Shown here one piece after another: positions 28,806 to 38,031 of a stretch of 64,000 nucleotides of DNA. The DNA is from Alphaproteobacteria bacterium (GTDB taxonomy: Bacteria; Pseudomonadota; Alphaproteobacteria; UBA7985). Position 1 is the first letter of the stretch. Every line of letters begins with the position of its first letter. A program made the translations under genes and the position numbers. The notes beneath the pieces were generated by a model. The model did no database searches. It saw only the letters and a program-made list of their open reading frames with translations, and had not been told where the DNA came from. The stretch spans positions 38,231 to 102,230 of the forward strand of contig CBFIEF010000008.1 of NCBI GenBank assembly GCA_965661545.1. The letters run 5' to 3'.

Positions 28806-29634
28806 GTTCTTCGAATTTGACTTCATGCGGAAGGCGATCGTGGCGGTGATTGTGCTCTCGCTCGGCATGGCGCCGGTCGGCTGCTTTCTGGTGCTGCGCC
28901 GGCTGTCGTTGGCCGGTGAAGCCATGAGCCACGCGGCCATTCCAGGCATTGTCGTGGCCTACTCGATTGCCGGGCTGTCTGTCCTGTCTATGACACTGGG
29001 CGGGCTGATTGCCGGGCTGAGTGTGGCGCTTCTATCGACGGTGTTGGCGCGGGTTACCTTGCTGCGTGAAGACGCAAACATGGCGACGCTGTATTTGCTG
29101 GCGCTGGCGGGGGGTATCTTTTTGCTGTCGATCAGAGGAACGGCGGTGAACCTTGAATCCTTCCTGTTTGGCAACATTTTGGGGCTGCGCGCCTCCACGC
29201 TGATCTTGATCGGCGCGACGACGACGGTGACGCTGCTGGTGATGGCGCTGATCCTCCGTCCGCTGATCCTGCAAACTGTCGATCCGGTTTTTGCCCGCTC
29301 CCAATCCAAGCATACGTGGCTGATCAGCGCGGTCTTTATGGTCCTGGTCGTGCTCAACCTGATTGCTGGTTTTCGGGCGCTTGGGACGTTGATGGCTGTG
29401 GGCCTGATGATCGTGCCAGCGACGGCAGCGCGTTACTGGGTGAACGCTGTAACCCCCATGCTTGGGCTGGCGTTCTGCTTTGGGGCTGGCAGCGGCCTGC
29501 TGGGCTTGGCCCTGTCCTATTGGCTGTCAAACGTCCCCTCCGGGCCGAGCATCGTACTGGTCTGCGGGGTGGTGTTCTTGGTCAGCCTGCTTTTTGGCCG
29601 CAATGGCCTCAACCTGCTCGCGCGGCGAGCCTAA
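28798..29634 (+). CDS. metal ABC transporter permease (ABC-3 family, ZnuB/MntB/TroC type)
   Basis: MLEFFEFDFMRKAIVAVIVLSLGMAPVGCFLVLRRLSLAGEAMSHA... is the typical ABC-3 N-terminus. ATG 28798 overlaps the ATPase stop by 8 nt (ATGCTTGA). Confidence 0.88.
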   Translation: MLEFFEFDFMRKAIVAVIVLSLGMAPVGCFLVLRRLSLAGEAMSHAAIPGIVVAYSIAGLSVLSMTLGGLIAGLSVALLSTVLARVTLLREDANMATLYLLALAGGIFLLSIRGTAVNLESFLFGNILGLRASTLILIGATTTVTLLVMALILRPLILQTVDPVFARSQSKHTWLISAVFMVLVVLNLIAGFRALGTLMAVGLMIVPATAARYWVNAVTPMLGLAFCFGAGSGLLGLALSYWLSNVPSGPSIVLVCGVVFLVSLLFGRNGLNLLARRA

Positions 29635-29656
29635 TCACGCCGGAGTTCCTCTGATC

Positions 29657-30526
29657 ATGCGCCTCATTCTTTTCCCGCTTATCACGCTCTTCTTGAACCT
29701 GCCAACGCTCGCCGCTGCGGAAACGATCAAAGCGACTGCGAGCTTCTCCATTCTTGGGGACATCGTGGAACGTGTTGGGGGTGACTTGGTAGACGTTTCC
29801 AGCATCGTCGGCCCCGACAGCGATGCCCATACCTACAGCCCCACTGTTGGAGATGCGCGCGCCGTTGCCAAGGCCGATATCGTGTTCATTAACGGTCTGG
29901 GCTTTGAAGGCTGGGTTGGCGATCTGATCGCGGCCTCGGGCAACGATGCGCCCGTGATCGCCGTCACACGCGACATCGAACCGCTGCTGGTCGAAGGCGA
30001 AGCGGACCCCCACGCTTGGAACGACTTGAGCAACGGTGCGACCTACGCCCGAGCCGTAATGGAAGGCTTGAGCGCGCTGGATCCAGACAACGCCGCAACC
30101 TACGCCGCCAACCAACAAGCCTTTGCCAATGATATCGCCGCGCTGCTGTCCTCCGCCCAAGAACGCTTTGCCGCCCTGCCTGAGAACCAGCGTAGTGTGG
30201 TCACCGCGCACGACGCCTTTGGCTACTTCGAAGCGCAATTCGGCCTGCGCTTCCTGGCGCCGGTTGGCATGAACACCGAAGCGGAGCCGTCTGCACGGGA
30301 ACTAGCAGGGCTGATCCGGCAGATTAAAGACGAAGGCATCGGCGGTCTGTTTGTCGAAAATATCACAAACCCGGATCTGGTCGCGCAAATCGCCAAGGAA
30401 ACAGGCCTCGAATTTGGCGGGCGACTGTACTCGGACGCGCTATCCGCTCAAGGCGGCCCGGCGACGTCCTACCTCGCCATGATGGAACACAACATCGCCA
30501 CCCTGCTCAGCACACTCAGCCGCTAA
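29657..30526 (+). CDS. periplasmic metal-binding protein (cluster A-I, ZnuA/TroA/MntC type) lacking a His-rich loop
   Basis: Signal peptide MRLILFPLITLFLNLPTLAAA; FSILGDIVERVGG; ligand-region motifs DAHTYSP, DPHAW, AHDAFGYF; 289 aa. Confidence 0.85.
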   Translation: MRLILFPLITLFLNLPTLAAAETIKATASFSILGDIVERVGGDLVDVSSIVGPDSDAHTYSPTVGDARAVAKADIVFINGLGFEGWVGDLIAASGNDAPVIAVTRDIEPLLVEGEADPHAWNDLSNGATYARAVMEGLSALDPDNAATYAANQQAFANDIAALLSSAQERFAALPENQRSVVTAHDAFGYFEAQFGLRFLAPVGMNTEAEPSARELAGLIRQIKDEGIGGLFVENITNPDLVAQIAKETGLEFGGRLYSDALSAQGGPATSYLAMMEHNIATLLSTLSR

Positions 30527-30984
30527 TTCGGGCACGAAGAGGGGGGGCGTACTTCACTTGCACTTGTAAGCAATTCGATAGCAAGGCGTGAAGAAATAGC
30601 CCCCTAACCCATTGGTTCCCATCATAAATCTCGCCTAACGCACCGCAAACAGTGCTTTCGCTTGAAATAAGGCGACATTTTCAAGGGTAATTCTGCAACA
30701 GGCTGTGGAAAAGTCGCATGAACCTTGGTTTTTAATACCCCTAATTCAATAAGATCATCTTATCTAATGATGCCAATACACGAATTTGGCGAAGGCGATG
30801 CAATTTATCGCTGAATGGAGCGCGATCCGACCTGAGCCTGAAGTTTTCTTCTTTGGATTCGACGCTCCAGACAAAATGAAAAGTGGGTGTCTCCGGGAGT
30901 GTGTCTCTCTCCTCCCTTCCTCCCCCAAGGCACTGTCGGGGGCACCACTTTTATCAACAAGATTCCTCCCTAGACGCTGTATCC

Positions 30985-31020
30985 GAGGAGCCCAAGAAAC
31001 GAACTTGGGCTCCTCTTTTT
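30985..31020 (+). terminator. orphan rho-independent terminator (candidate sRNA 3' end)
   Basis: GAGGAGCCCAAG-AAACGAA-CTTGGGCTCCTC forms a 12-bp perfect stem followed by TTTTT. It lies about 460 nt downstream of the nearest + strand CDS. Confidence 0.75.
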
Positions 31021-31090
31021 CGTGTACCCATCAGCACGAGGTGGCGCCCCGCTGTTTCAACCCGCTTTGCGGCTTTCAACACCGCAACGC

Positions 31091-31135
31091 GCAAGCAGGT
31101 CGGCGACGGTGTCGCCGGTCGGCTGCCGCCTCCGT
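31091..31135. repeat. solo copy of repeat module 1 (GGCGAC-GGT-GTCGCC hairpin plus GGTCGGCTGCCGCCTCCG)
   Basis: Near-identical to 31236-31283, to 53594-53632, and to the reverse complement of 8010-8055. Confidence 0.8.
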
Positions 31136-31235
31136 TTTATGAGTCGGTGGTGGCTGCTGTAAACGTATACCGAGCTTGAGGTTGATGATGCCTTGAGGCC
31201 AAGACGGCCCTGCGTGGGTTGGGTAATTTATGGCT

Positions 31236-31283
31236 TCACGCGAGCAAGTCGGCGACGGTGTCGCCGGTCGGCTGCCGCCTCCG
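31236..31283. repeat. second solo copy of repeat module 1, direct repeat of 31091-31135
   Basis: CTTCACGCGAGCAAGTCGGCGACGGTGTCGCCGGTCGGCTGCCGCCTCCG matches the reverse complement of 8010-8059 almost base for base. Confidence 0.8.
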
Positions 31284-31365
31284 CTTCACACAAAAACCCC
31301 CGGCCCACCAAAGGTGCGCGAGGGGTTGCTGTAACTGGCATTTCTGCGTGGTTGGCCGCAGAGCC

Positions 31366-32118
31366 TTAGGCGTCGTCCTGCTTGTCGTAGAGGATATCCG
31401 CAAGGAATTCCTTCAAGCGCTCAGACTTCGGCTTTTCGAAGAACTCAATTGGCGGCGCCACTTCAACGATCTGACCCTGATCCATAAAGATCACACGATC
31501 AGCAACCTTTTTGGCAAAGCCCATCTCGTGGGTCACCACCAACATGGTCATGCCCTCGTCCGCCAGTTCGATCATGGTGTCCAGCACCTCCTTGATCATC
31601 TCGGGATCAAGGGCGGAGGTTGGCTCATCAAACAGCATGACCTTTGGCTGCATGCACAGCGAGCGGGCAATGGCCACACGCTGCTGCTGACCACCGGAAA
31701 GCTGGCCCGGATACTTGTTGGCCTGCTCCGGAATGCGTACGCGTTCGAGGTAGTACATGGCCCGGTCAACGGCTTCCTTGCGCGGCAACTTACGCACCCA
31801 CATGGGCGCCAAGATGCAGTTTTCCAGAATGGTCAAGTGCGGGAACAGGTTGAAGTGCTGGAACACCATGCCGACTTCGCGCCGAATGGCTTCAATTTGT
31901 TCCAGGTTGTTGGTTAGCTCCACGCCGTCCACGACAATCTTGCCGCGCTGGTGTTCTTCCAGACGGTTGATGCAGCGGATGAGGGTGGATTTACCGGACC
32001 CCGAAGGCCCAGCAATCACGATACGTTCCTTGGGCTTAACCGCGAGGTCAATGTCCTTGAGAACGTGGAATGTGCCGTACCATTTATTCAGGCCGGAGAT
32101 GCTTACGATGTTTTCCAT
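31366..32118 (-). CDS. aapP: general L-amino acid ABC transporter ATP-binding protein
   Basis: [41 protein letters not shown]; polar amino acid (PAAT) type; last gene of the aapJQMP order. Confidence 0.88.
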   Translation of the reverse strand: MENIVSISGLNKWYGTFHVLKDIDLAVKPKERIVIAGPSGSGKSTLIRCINRLEEHQRGKIVVDGVELTNNLEQIEAIRREVGMVFQHFNLFPHLTILENCILAPMWVRKLPRKEAVDRAMYYLERVRIPEQANKYPGQLSGGQQQRVAIARSLCMQPKVMLFDEPTSALDPEMIKEVLDTMIELADEGMTMLVVTHEMGFAKKVADRVIFMDQGQIVEVAPPIEFFEKPKSERLKEFLADILYDKQDDA

Positions 32119-32129
32119 GATGCAACTCT

Positions 32130-34547
32130 CTATCGCTGCTTAAGAATGCCGAACCGTTCCTCAAGCCACATGGAGTAGCGGGAAAGCCCGAACATAAAGA
32201 TGAAGAAGAAAATGGCGACGTAAATCAAACCCTCAGTCAGGGTCTGGTTCCACTCAACCTTGGTGACAATCTTGTTCCGCATGACGGTCAGTACGTCGAG
32301 CAGGCCAATCACGATCACCAACGTTGTATCCTTGAACAAGCCAATCAGCGTGTTCACAATCGCCGGAATTACAGTACGGGTTGCCTGAGGCACGATGATC
32401 AGGTTCGTTTCCTGCCAATAGGACAGACCCAGCGACTGCGCCGCCTCGTACTGCCCTTTTGGAATGGCTTGAAGACCACCGCGGATGACCTCGGCCATGT
32501 AGGCCGTTCCAAACAGACACACAGCCACCAAAGTCGCAACAAGCGGCTGGGGCTGGAACTGAATGGGCAGGATCAGCGGTAGTACAAACACGGACATGAT
32601 CAGAATGGTAATGAGCGGCACGCCGCGCATCCCTTCGATGAAGCCTGTCGACAGGTAGCGCACCACTGGCAAGGTCGATTGACGCCCCAGTGCCAGCAGA
32701 ATGCCGGCTCGCATCGCAAAGGCTGAACCGACCAGGCCCAAAATCATGGTGATCAGAATGCCGCCCCACGTGTTCTCAACAGGAACATGGGTCAGGAAGA
32801 CGATGTTACCCGGTGCGTGATCGCCCCGGCTCTCGGCGAGGTCTGTCGCGTTGATCCGATCATCGGCGTTCAGGTCATCCTGAGCGTCAACCACACCATC
32901 TCGGTTCATGTCATAGATGGGGTTGTCAGCGATAGCCGCCCAAGCGGCGTCCTGCTGCTCTTGCGTCGCGCCAATCGATGCTGGATCGCGGGTCATGAGC
33001 GCGCTGAAACGCACCGCTTCCGGCAGGCGTCCCAGCTGATTGTGAGAGCCGTATTTGGCCTCAAGATCCTCTTGGGACAGCTTTTCGATGGGGTCAGCGG
33101 TCAGGTCCAGCAGCCCGCGCTTGTGCTCGAAGTGCGGGTTGTTGATGACCGTACCCCAAACCGCAATCACAATGGCAAAACCAGCGACAAACTGCAGGAA
33201 ACGCAAGAAGGGCCGCGCAACTCGGCCAAACCGGGTTTGAGCGATAACAAAGCCCAGAACGACCAGCAGGACCAAAGCCCCCGCAGCGATCATCAAACGC
33301 CCCGTTTCCGAGGAAGTGATGCCGTTGAAGGATGCGGACAGACCATAGAAGGTCCGGCCAAAGCCCGCCGGTAAGATCTCAGCGACTTCACCGGTCGATA
33401 AACGGACGGTCCACTGGTCTACGAATTCCAGGCTCTGCCCTTCAACCCACTGACCATCACGGCGGGACAGCCGCAAGCCGACTTCGGCTAAAGCATCATC
33501 CATCTGATGCTGCGTCATTTCCTCCACGGCAATATTTGGATAGGCCCCCTGTATCGGCTCGAAGTGCGAAAGCTTAAGCGCCGCACCCGACAGGACGAAG
33601 AACGCCACGAAGGGGAACAGACCCGTTGAAATGCCGAGAACCATGCCGATGGAGCCTTCGCGCAGGCGAGGAACCATCACAAACGCAAGCACGGGGATCA
33701 GCAGCAAGGCCACAAGAATAGGCCGCCATAGCTGGTCACGGTCATAGGCGTTCACCAGCAGCTGCCAGTAGTTCTTCTTGAACACAGCGTGACAGGCGCC
33801 GCTGTTGGCTTTGCCCCAGTCCACGAAGGGTTGGAGCTGCCCGACACCGTCTTGTGCCACGTCAAGGTTGCCGGTTTTCAGCGATGACGCGATCATCACG
33901 CCCGCAGCAGCCCAATCGAGTTGATCCGGGCCATCGACAAAGAATTTCTCAGCGTCCGGGTGAACCGTATCGCCTTCGAACGCCTTTTTCAGACGGGCAT
34001 CGCGCACGCGATCTGGCGCGTCGCCGACGCCGCCGGCTTCGACCCATTCAACAATCGCGGCTTTCCGCGCCGCTTGAGCGGCCTCGAATTTGGCGATTTC
34101 GCCATTGTTGAATTCAACGTTGGCTTCGTTCTTCAGGATGTCGGCATAGGACTTCGGAATGTCCTTGGACGCCAAGTTGGCCAGGTTGTTGATGAACGCC
34201 TTAAACCGGCGATCCTCAAAGGCGCTGCCTTCTTCACCGCTGATGCGATCCAACCGACGCTGCTCGGTGCGCAGGGAGCCCAAACGCTCCTCCAGCAAGG
34301 TGGCCTGTGTTGCCATGCGGCAGGCCTGCTGGGTTTCACCGTGGAACGTGCTGGTCAGGAAGAACCAGCTGACAAAGCCCCAGATGACCCACGCGAAGAT
34401 TGCGACGATAATAACCGTCGCGACGCTGTTCACCGGACCGGAAAACAGGTTTTCGCGCAGCCACTTTGCAGGGCCAGTGTTACCCGGAGGCGGTGCCTGC
34501 TCTGGCAGGTACTCGTCCAGGCGACGGAAAAAAGTCTCGTTTGACAT
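32130..34547 (-). CDS. aapM: general L-amino acid ABC transporter permease AapM/BztC-like, greatly expanded (805 aa)
   Basis: The N-terminus ...[31 protein letters not shown] and the C-terminal His/Glu/Gln-type permease core ([12 protein letters not shown]..., IVPQA) fit AapM. Several hundred extra residues are inserted between them. Confidence 0.8.
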   Translation of the reverse strand: MSNETFFRRLDEYLPEQAPPPGNTGPAKWLRENLFSGPVNSVATVIIVAIFAWVIWGFVSWFFLTSTFHGETQQACRMATQATLLEERLGSLRTEQRRLDRISGEEGSAFEDRRFKAFINNLANLASKDIPKSYADILKNEANVEFNNGEIAKFEAAQAARKAAIVEWVEAGGVGDAPDRVRDARLKKAFEGDTVHPDAEKFFVDGPDQLDWAAAGVMIASSLKTGNLDVAQDGVGQLQPFVDWGKANSGACHAVFKKNYWQLLVNAYDRDQLWRPILVALLLIPVLAFVMVPRLREGSIGMVLGISTGLFPFVAFFVLSGAALKLSHFEPIQGAYPNIAVEEMTQHQMDDALAEVGLRLSRRDGQWVEGQSLEFVDQWTVRLSTGEVAEILPAGFGRTFYGLSASFNGITSSETGRLMIAAGALVLLVVLGFVIAQTRFGRVARPFLRFLQFVAGFAIVIAVWGTVINNPHFEHKRGLLDLTADPIEKLSQEDLEAKYGSHNQLGRLPEAVRFSALMTRDPASIGATQEQQDAAWAAIADNPIYDMNRDGVVDAQDDLNADDRINATDLAESRGDHAPGNIVFLTHVPVENTWGGILITMILGLVGSAFAMRAGILLALGRQSTLPVVRYLSTGFIEGMRGVPLITILIMSVFVLPLILPIQFQPQPLVATLVAVCLFGTAYMAEVIRGGLQAIPKGQYEAAQSLGLSYWQETNLIIVPQATRTVIPAIVNTLIGLFKDTTLVIVIGLLDVLTVMRNKIVTKVEWNQTLTEGLIYVAIFFFIFMFGLSRYSMWLEERFGILKQR

Positions 34548-34565
34548 GCGTGTCTCTCCCCTGCC

Positions 34566-36296
34566 TTAGCGTTCGACCAGCTTCACGCGCTCGTTGATGG
34601 TATTCATCACGGCGGAGATCAGCAGGGAGTTGGTGAGATAGGCCAGCATAATGATCGCGGTAATCTCGATCGCGTGGCCCTTCTGGTTCAGGATGGTTCC
34701 GTGGAAAATCGAGGTGATCTCCGGGAACGAGATGATGGCCGCAAGCGAGCTGTTCTTCATCAGGTTCATGTACTGAGAATTCAGCGGCGGGATGATCACC
34801 CGCAGGGCTTGTGGAATGACGATCAGGTTGGTGATGTGGCTCTGTTTCATGCCCACTGACCGTGCCGCTTCTGTCTGGCCTTTATCGACAGCCTGAATGC
34901 CCGCACGCACGGTTTCCGCGATGAAGGCTGAGGTGTAGATGGCCAAAGCGGCCACAAGGATCCAAAAGCCGTTTACAATCTGCAAACCACCAGAGTTCGC
35001 AGTGTAGCGACCGAACTTGTTCGGCTCCGGCACAGAAACGCCGATTGGGCCACCCAATACGACGAAGATAGAACCCACCACCACAATGAAAATCGCAGTC
35101 TTGGCCAGCAACGTTCCCGGACGTTCACCCGTGCGGTTCTGGATGTCTTGCGCCCGAATATCGAGCAGTGTGGCAAAGCAGTTTGCAACCATCAGACCAA
35201 CGACAAATACCCAGAACATGGTCCAAGAAGTCATGGGCGGAACGGAGGTTTCGATCATCAAAGCGTAGACGATCAAAATGATCCCCGCGACGGTGCGGAA
35301 GATGATGCCGATCGACTTGATACCCGGCGCATCCGTTTGACGCTCGCGGGCTTCGATCTGGTTCGAAATGGTGAAGGCCGCAAGGAAAAGCACAACCCAA
35401 ATCAGGATATAAAACGCCGTCGCAGCAAAGACCACAGAGCTGGCAATGCCCATCGCCATGTTCGCGCCAAACAGCAGCAGCACCAGAACGGCGACAACCA
35501 GCAGGCCCAGCCACACGTAAAGCGTATCGATTTCGCGATCGTTGAAAGCACGCATCATATCCCGGCGGCGGTTGAGCACGATCAGCGCAGCGGTGCCGAT
35601 GCCCAAAGCGATCAGCAGGCCAACAAGCGGCGCCCCCATGACGCTTGATTCAAGGCCAACCGTCTTAAAAGGTTGCCAATCAAACGGCGCAAAGCCCAGC
35701 CACGTTCCGGCGCCCATACCATCGCCAAACTTCAGCGCGGGCAGGATGATTTTCTCGTTAGATATGGACAATCCCAGCGGTCCCGAAATGGGGGCTGAGG
35801 CCACGATATTCGGCAAGGTCAGCGCAAGTGCAAAAGCAAACAGCAGCCAAACAGCCAAAGGAATGTTTCTCAGGATCTCAACATAAACCGTCGCAGCGCG
35901 CGCGATCAGCCAGTTGTTGGACAGGCGCGCCAAACCCATAACAAAACCCAGCACCGTCGCTGCAAAAATACCAATCAGCGATACGATGATCGTATTGATA
36001 TAGCCCAAGGCGAGGAAGCGGAAGACGAGGTCGTTGTTTTTCAGCGGGATGGGGAAGAACGGCGACGGGTCGTAACTGCCCGGCGTGGCCATGAAGCCAA
36101 GTCCGAAGTTACCAGAGCGGCGCAGCAGGTTAACCGGCGCGTTATTTACGAAATAGACGACGGCAAAAACGATCAGTCCGACGATAAATGTCTGGACCAG
36201 AATGTTTCTCAGCCACCGGGTTGCGAAGATGTTTCGCGTGCCGCCAGAGCCGGAAGAAACGGCGTTGCCGTCAGCGGACATGTTAGAAGTTGTCAT
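34566..36296 (-). CDS. aapQ: general L-amino acid ABC transporter permease AapQ/BztB-like, expanded (576 aa)
   Basis: TRWLRNILVQTFIVGLIVFAVVYF N-terminus and the C-terminal core EAARSVGMKQSHITNLIVIPQALRVIIPPL. An inserted block of extra hydrophobic helices is present. Confidence 0.8.
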   Translation of the reverse strand: MTTSNMSADGNAVSSGSGGTRNIFATRWLRNILVQTFIVGLIVFAVVYFVNNAPVNLLRRSGNFGLGFMATPGSYDPSPFFPIPLKNNDLVFRFLALGYINTIIVSLIGIFAATVLGFVMGLARLSNNWLIARAATVYVEILRNIPLAVWLLFAFALALTLPNIVASAPISGPLGLSISNEKIILPALKFGDGMGAGTWLGFAPFDWQPFKTVGLESSVMGAPLVGLLIALGIGTAALIVLNRRRDMMRAFNDREIDTLYVWLGLLVVAVLVLLLFGANMAMGIASSVVFAATAFYILIWVVLFLAAFTISNQIEARERQTDAPGIKSIGIIFRTVAGIILIVYALMIETSVPPMTSWTMFWVFVVGLMVANCFATLLDIRAQDIQNRTGERPGTLLAKTAIFIVVVGSIFVVLGGPIGVSVPEPNKFGRYTANSGGLQIVNGFWILVAALAIYTSAFIAETVRAGIQAVDKGQTEAARSVGMKQSHITNLIVIPQALRVIIPPLNSQYMNLMKNSSLAAIISFPEITSIFHGTILNQKGHAIEITAIIMLAYLTNSLLISAVMNTINERVKLVER

Positions 36297-36480
36297 GTTG
36301 CTGGCAGTTACGTTGTGAGTGGGTTTGAATGCCCAGTGTGGGCCAAGTCTCGGTGCATATACGACGGAGCGAATTTGTCCACCGTGGATAAAAAAATAGG
36401 GCGCCTGCCATAAGGTAGGCGCCCTGTCTCAGGTCTTCTCAAGGAAGATCTGAGTTAACAAGGCTATGCTTGCTTCGAAC

Positions 36481-37497
36481 CTAGCGGAACGGAGGAGCGT
36501 ACAGGATGCCGCCATCAGTCCACAGAGCGTTCAGACCGCGGTCGAGACCAACAGCTGTTTCTGGGCCTACGTTGCGAGCGAAGGACTCACCGTAGTTACC
36601 AACCTGAGACAAGGAGTTCAGGAACGCGTCATCGGACAGACCAAGCATGGAGCCGTAGCCGCCTTCAACACCGAGAAGACGCTTTACGCCAGCAGATGCA
36701 TCAGCATCAGCAGCCATAGCAGCAGCGTTGTCGGAGGTGATGCCAAGCTCTTCAGCAATGATCATGGAGTTGAGGGTCCAGCGTACGATGTCGCCCCATA
36801 CGTCGTCGCCCTGGCGGGTCACTGGGCCGAGTGGCTCTTTGGACACGATTTCAGGCAGGATCACGTGCGCAGAAGGATCTGGGAACGTGGTACGGTTAGC
36901 AGCGAGACCGGAAGCGTCGGTTGTGTATACGTCACACAGACCAGCAAGGTATGCTTCGTTGGTTTCAGCAGCAGTTGTTACAACGTATGGCGTGTAAGAA
37001 ATGCCGTTGTCCGCGAAGAAGTCTGCGAGGTTCAGCTCGGTGGTTGTACCGGTCTGTACACAAACGGTTGCACCGTCGAGATCAGCAGCGGAAGAAACGC
37101 CCAAGGACGTTGGGACCATGAAGCCCTGACCGTCGTAGTAGTTCACGCCCTGGAAAGACAGGCCGAGGTCTACGTCACGGGAGAAGGTCCACGTGGTGTT
37201 ACGGGACAGAAGGTCATATTCGCCAGCGTTCAGCTTGTTAAAGCGCTCAGAAGAGTTCACTGGGAAGTAAGCAACCTTGTCAGCGTCGCCGAAGATTGCT
37301 GCACCAACGGAGCGACAAACGTCAACGTCGAGACCGGACCAGGAACCGTCGTCTGCTTGCTCAGCAAAACCTGGTACGCCGATGTTTACGCCACAGTTCA
37401 AAACACCGCGAGCGATGGTGTCGGACAGGGTATCAGCCTGTGCGCCACCGGCAAACGCAACTGCACCAGCAGCTGCAACAAATGCCAACTTTTTCAT
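36481..37497 (-). CDS. aapJ: general L-amino acid ABC transporter periplasmic binding protein
   Basis: Signal peptide MKKLAFVAAAGAVAFAGGAQA; C-terminus ...WTDGGILYAPPFR is typical of AapJ/BztA. ATG 37497 is preceded by GGAGAG. Confidence 0.88.
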   Translation of the reverse strand: MKKLAFVAAAGAVAFAGGAQADTLSDTIARGVLNCGVNIGVPGFAEQADDGSWSGLDVDVCRSVGAAIFGDADKVAYFPVNSSERFNKLNAGEYDLLSRNTTWTFSRDVDLGLSFQGVNYYDGQGFMVPTSLGVSSAADLDGATVCVQTGTTTELNLADFFADNGISYTPYVVTTAAETNEAYLAGLCDVYTTDASGLAANRTTFPDPSAHVILPEIVSKEPLGPVTRQGDDVWGDIVRWTLNSMIIAEELGITSDNAAAMAADADASAGVKRLLGVEGGYGSMLGLSDDAFLNSLSQVGNYGESFARNVGPETAVGLDRGLNALWTDGGILYAPPFR

Positions 37498-38031
37498 TTT
37501 GGATTCTCTCCACATAGGGTTCGACCAACCAGCGTCTTCCTCCCCCCTAACGGTTGGAAATAAAGCAGCGGCATTCGCCACTTGCAACGCAGATCGGCTA
37601 CGGGCGAAAACTTAGTCTCACGCCTTCGACACGCAAGCCTCATTTCTGGTTTTGCCCGATTTTTTGTCGCATTCTCGCAGAATTGCTGTGGATAAGGCCA
37701 TTATCAGCAGGATTGCTTAACAGGCTAACAATTTCTTGCGCATAATGGGAATTTGCCGATTCGCCTACGTCGGAAGGATGATGAAATAAATTATTCAAAG
37801 TATTGTTTAAAATAGAGTTTTTGTTTCTGCGCAAAGCCGTCTAGCTAGTGGAAATCCCTAAATCCAGTCGATTCTTTGCCAACTGAAAAGTTTTCGGGCC
37901 TGTTTGGATATATTGCGAGGTCGGCATACGTTGGTCGCATGATTTCGCAAAATGACTCAGAATTCAGCTTGCTCCAACCTGCCAGTTGAAGGATCACACG
38001 GATAATTTCGCAAGCAGGTAAGGTGGTATTC

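Noticed and set aside
30786-31142. 118-aa + strand ORF in the znuA-aapP intergenic region.
   Set aside because: It has a non-ATG start and reads straight through the strong terminator hairpin at 30985-31020 and into a repeat module. Its composition is non-protein-like.
31219-31917. 232-aa + strand ORF.
   Set aside because: It starts inside repeat module 1 and then runs antisense to aapP.
36466-37563. 365-aa ORF on the + strand.
   Set aside because: It is antisense to aapJ, which has a signal peptide, a good SD and the conserved C-terminus. It is a shadow ORF.
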